A DNA stretch of 64,000 bases, taken from Alphaproteobacteria bacterium (lineage in GTDB: Bacteria; Pseudomonadota; Alphaproteobacteria; SPJN01). Made by a program: the position numbers and the translations under genes. Location: positions 372,839 through 436,838 of the forward strand of contig JBMYYF010000002.1 of the NCBI GenBank assembly GCA_049609145.1. Reading direction: 5' to 3'. The notes under the pieces are model-generated. The model saw nothing but the letters and a program-made list of their open reading frames with translations, was not told the origin of the DNA and did not search any database. Below are positions 62,874-64,000 of the stretch, piece after piece; the stretch's first letter is position 1; each line of letters begins with the position of its first letter.

Positions 62874-63635
62874 CTAAAGCCTTACGCAATGATGGGCGGC
62901 GGTGACGTAAGGGAATGTCACCGCCGCCTTATCTTTTAAGTCTGGCGTGCGATTGATCAGCGCGTTTACTTGCGCTTTCACGGCGGCTTGATCTGCTTCA
63001 TTCAAGGCGGCGATAAAACTGGTGGAAAGCACGCGGTTCACCACCACCTCTTCTATCGGGCCCGTCTGGCTGTGGGGAAAGCTCGCGGTTTCAAGCGGAG
63101 TGAAGCCCGGGGCGGGAAAGCACTTTTTCCAGTCACCGCTATCATGCCTTGGCGCATCACCCCCATAAGGCCGCATGATCTGTGATAGCGCCTCTACCCA
63201 TTCGCAGCTTTGATCGCGACTGTTCCAAATCAATGCCAGCTTGCCGCCGGGTTTTAGGATCCGGCGCATTTCCGCAACCGCTTTGTCGGTCGCAAACCAG
63301 TGGAACGCTTGGGCGCACACCACAAAATCAACGCTGCTGTCATCCAGAGGTATATCCTCTGCCGTGCAGGCGAGCGTTTCTGTCTGAGGCAGGGCTTTGG
63401 TGAGTTCTCCCAGCATTTCAGGCACCGCGTCTGCGGCGATGATATGCGCGTTGGTAGCGGCAAGGCACTGGGTGAACTTGCCGGTACCGGCCCCCATTTC
63501 CAGCACTATATGGTGGGCGGCAATGCCTAAAGTGTTTTGTACCCAATCAAGCGCCGCTTTTGGGTATGTGGGCCTGCCTGTTTGATAGGTGGCAGCGGCT
63601 TTTGAAAAACCTTGGGTGGCAGCCTTATGCACCAT
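62874..63635 (-). CDS. class I SAM-dependent methyltransferase
   Basis: SAM-binding motif VLEMGAGTGKF. Confidence 0.8.
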   Translation of the reverse strand: MVHKAATQGFSKAAATYQTGRPTYPKAALDWVQNTLGIAAHHIVLEMGAGTGKFTQCLAATNAHIIAADAVPEMLGELTKALPQTETLACTAEDIPLDDSSVDFVVCAQAFHWFATDKAVAEMRRILKPGGKLALIWNSRDQSCEWVEALSQIMRPYGGDAPRHDSGDWKKCFPAPGFTPLETASFPHSQTGPIEEVVVNRVLSTSFIAALNEADQAAVKAQVNALINRTPDLKDKAAVTFPYVTAAHHCVRL

Positions 63636-63645
63636 AGCCTGTTGC

Positions 63646-64000
63646 CTAACGCACCCGTTGGTCCATCAACCAGCGGGCGGCTTCTTCCAGCAGAATTTGG
63701 TAATCGGGCAGGGCATAGGTTTCACCGCTATGGCCCAGCGCTGAAAAATATACGGTGCCCTTGCCTACTTTATGATGCCAGATGATGGGGTGATCATCCC
63801 CCATGGCGAGTTCGCCTGCGCCGGTAAGCGTTTCCAGCAAGGTGCGGTTTTCGGGGGCGTAATCTGCCTCCCGCACTGTGGCGAGCACGGTTACGCGATC
63901 GCGCGGATTATCCGCAAAGCTGTACCATTCTTCCACATGGCGAAATGCCTTGGGCAAATGCGCGGTGGAGGGGTGGGGCGTGTCTTCCACCAGTACCGTC
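63646..64000 (-). CDS. ThuA-domain protein, C-terminal part (gene continues beyond window end)
   Basis: C-terminal ThuA pattern (...GKGTVYFSALGHSGETY...). The ORF is open at the window edge. Confidence 0.6.
   Translation of the reverse strand, partial: TVLVEDTPHPSTAHLPKAFRHVEEWYSFADNPRDRVTVLATVREADYAPENRTLLETLTGAGELAMGDDHPIIWHHKVGKGTVYFSALGHSGETYALPDYQILLEEAARWLMDQRVR

Overview
This 64 kb window is chromosomal DNA from a Gram-negative bacterium with a high-GC backbone (by eye, roughly 57-60%). It is probably an alphaproteobacterium, but no marker gene in the window settles that. Most of the window is ordinary catabolic and housekeeping sequence: malate synthase G, a long TetR-controlled beta-oxidation/ketone-oxidation block (BVMO plus esterase, FadH, several ACADs, crotonases and SDRs), KefC, a TonB-dependent receptor, YghU and CutA. 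A keto-sugar type carbohydrate cluster (Gfo/Idh/MocA, two xylose-isomerase-like TIM barrels, two ThuA, an MFS transporter) runs to the window end. Three stretches stand out as accessory.

1. Positions 1-8150 are lower in GC (about 48-52% by eye) and end at an orphan tRNA 3-prime fragment (T-arm, acceptor strand, CCA) that looks like an integrase att remnant. This segment carries a tightly coupled five-gene minus-strand operon: a LuxR-HTH regulator fused to an apparently nucleophile-less alpha/beta-hydrolase fold, LemA, two tandem DUF3137-like two-TM proteins, and a cytoplasmic TPR protein with a C-terminal Hanks Ser/Thr kinase domain. A secreted Sel1-repeat protein lies beside it. This is my best candidate for an undescribed membrane-associated signalling, stress or conflict module.

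2. Positions 53525-55870 encode only secreted proteins of unknown function: a 414-aa Cys-rich protein, a protein built from three near-identical 26-aa repeats, and a 66-aa peptide. They are embedded in intergenic DNA with a perfect CRP-type TGTGA-N6-TCACA box and several GTCACA half-sites.

3. Positions 42773-43390 hold a lower-GC orphan gene followed by two overlapping, mutually exclusive GC hairpins upstream of a small membrane-protein gene.

No CRISPR array, integrase, transposase or rRNA was seen. No intact tRNA gene was found by the manual T-arm scan described below. All calls come from reading the translations and the sequence; no searches were run.
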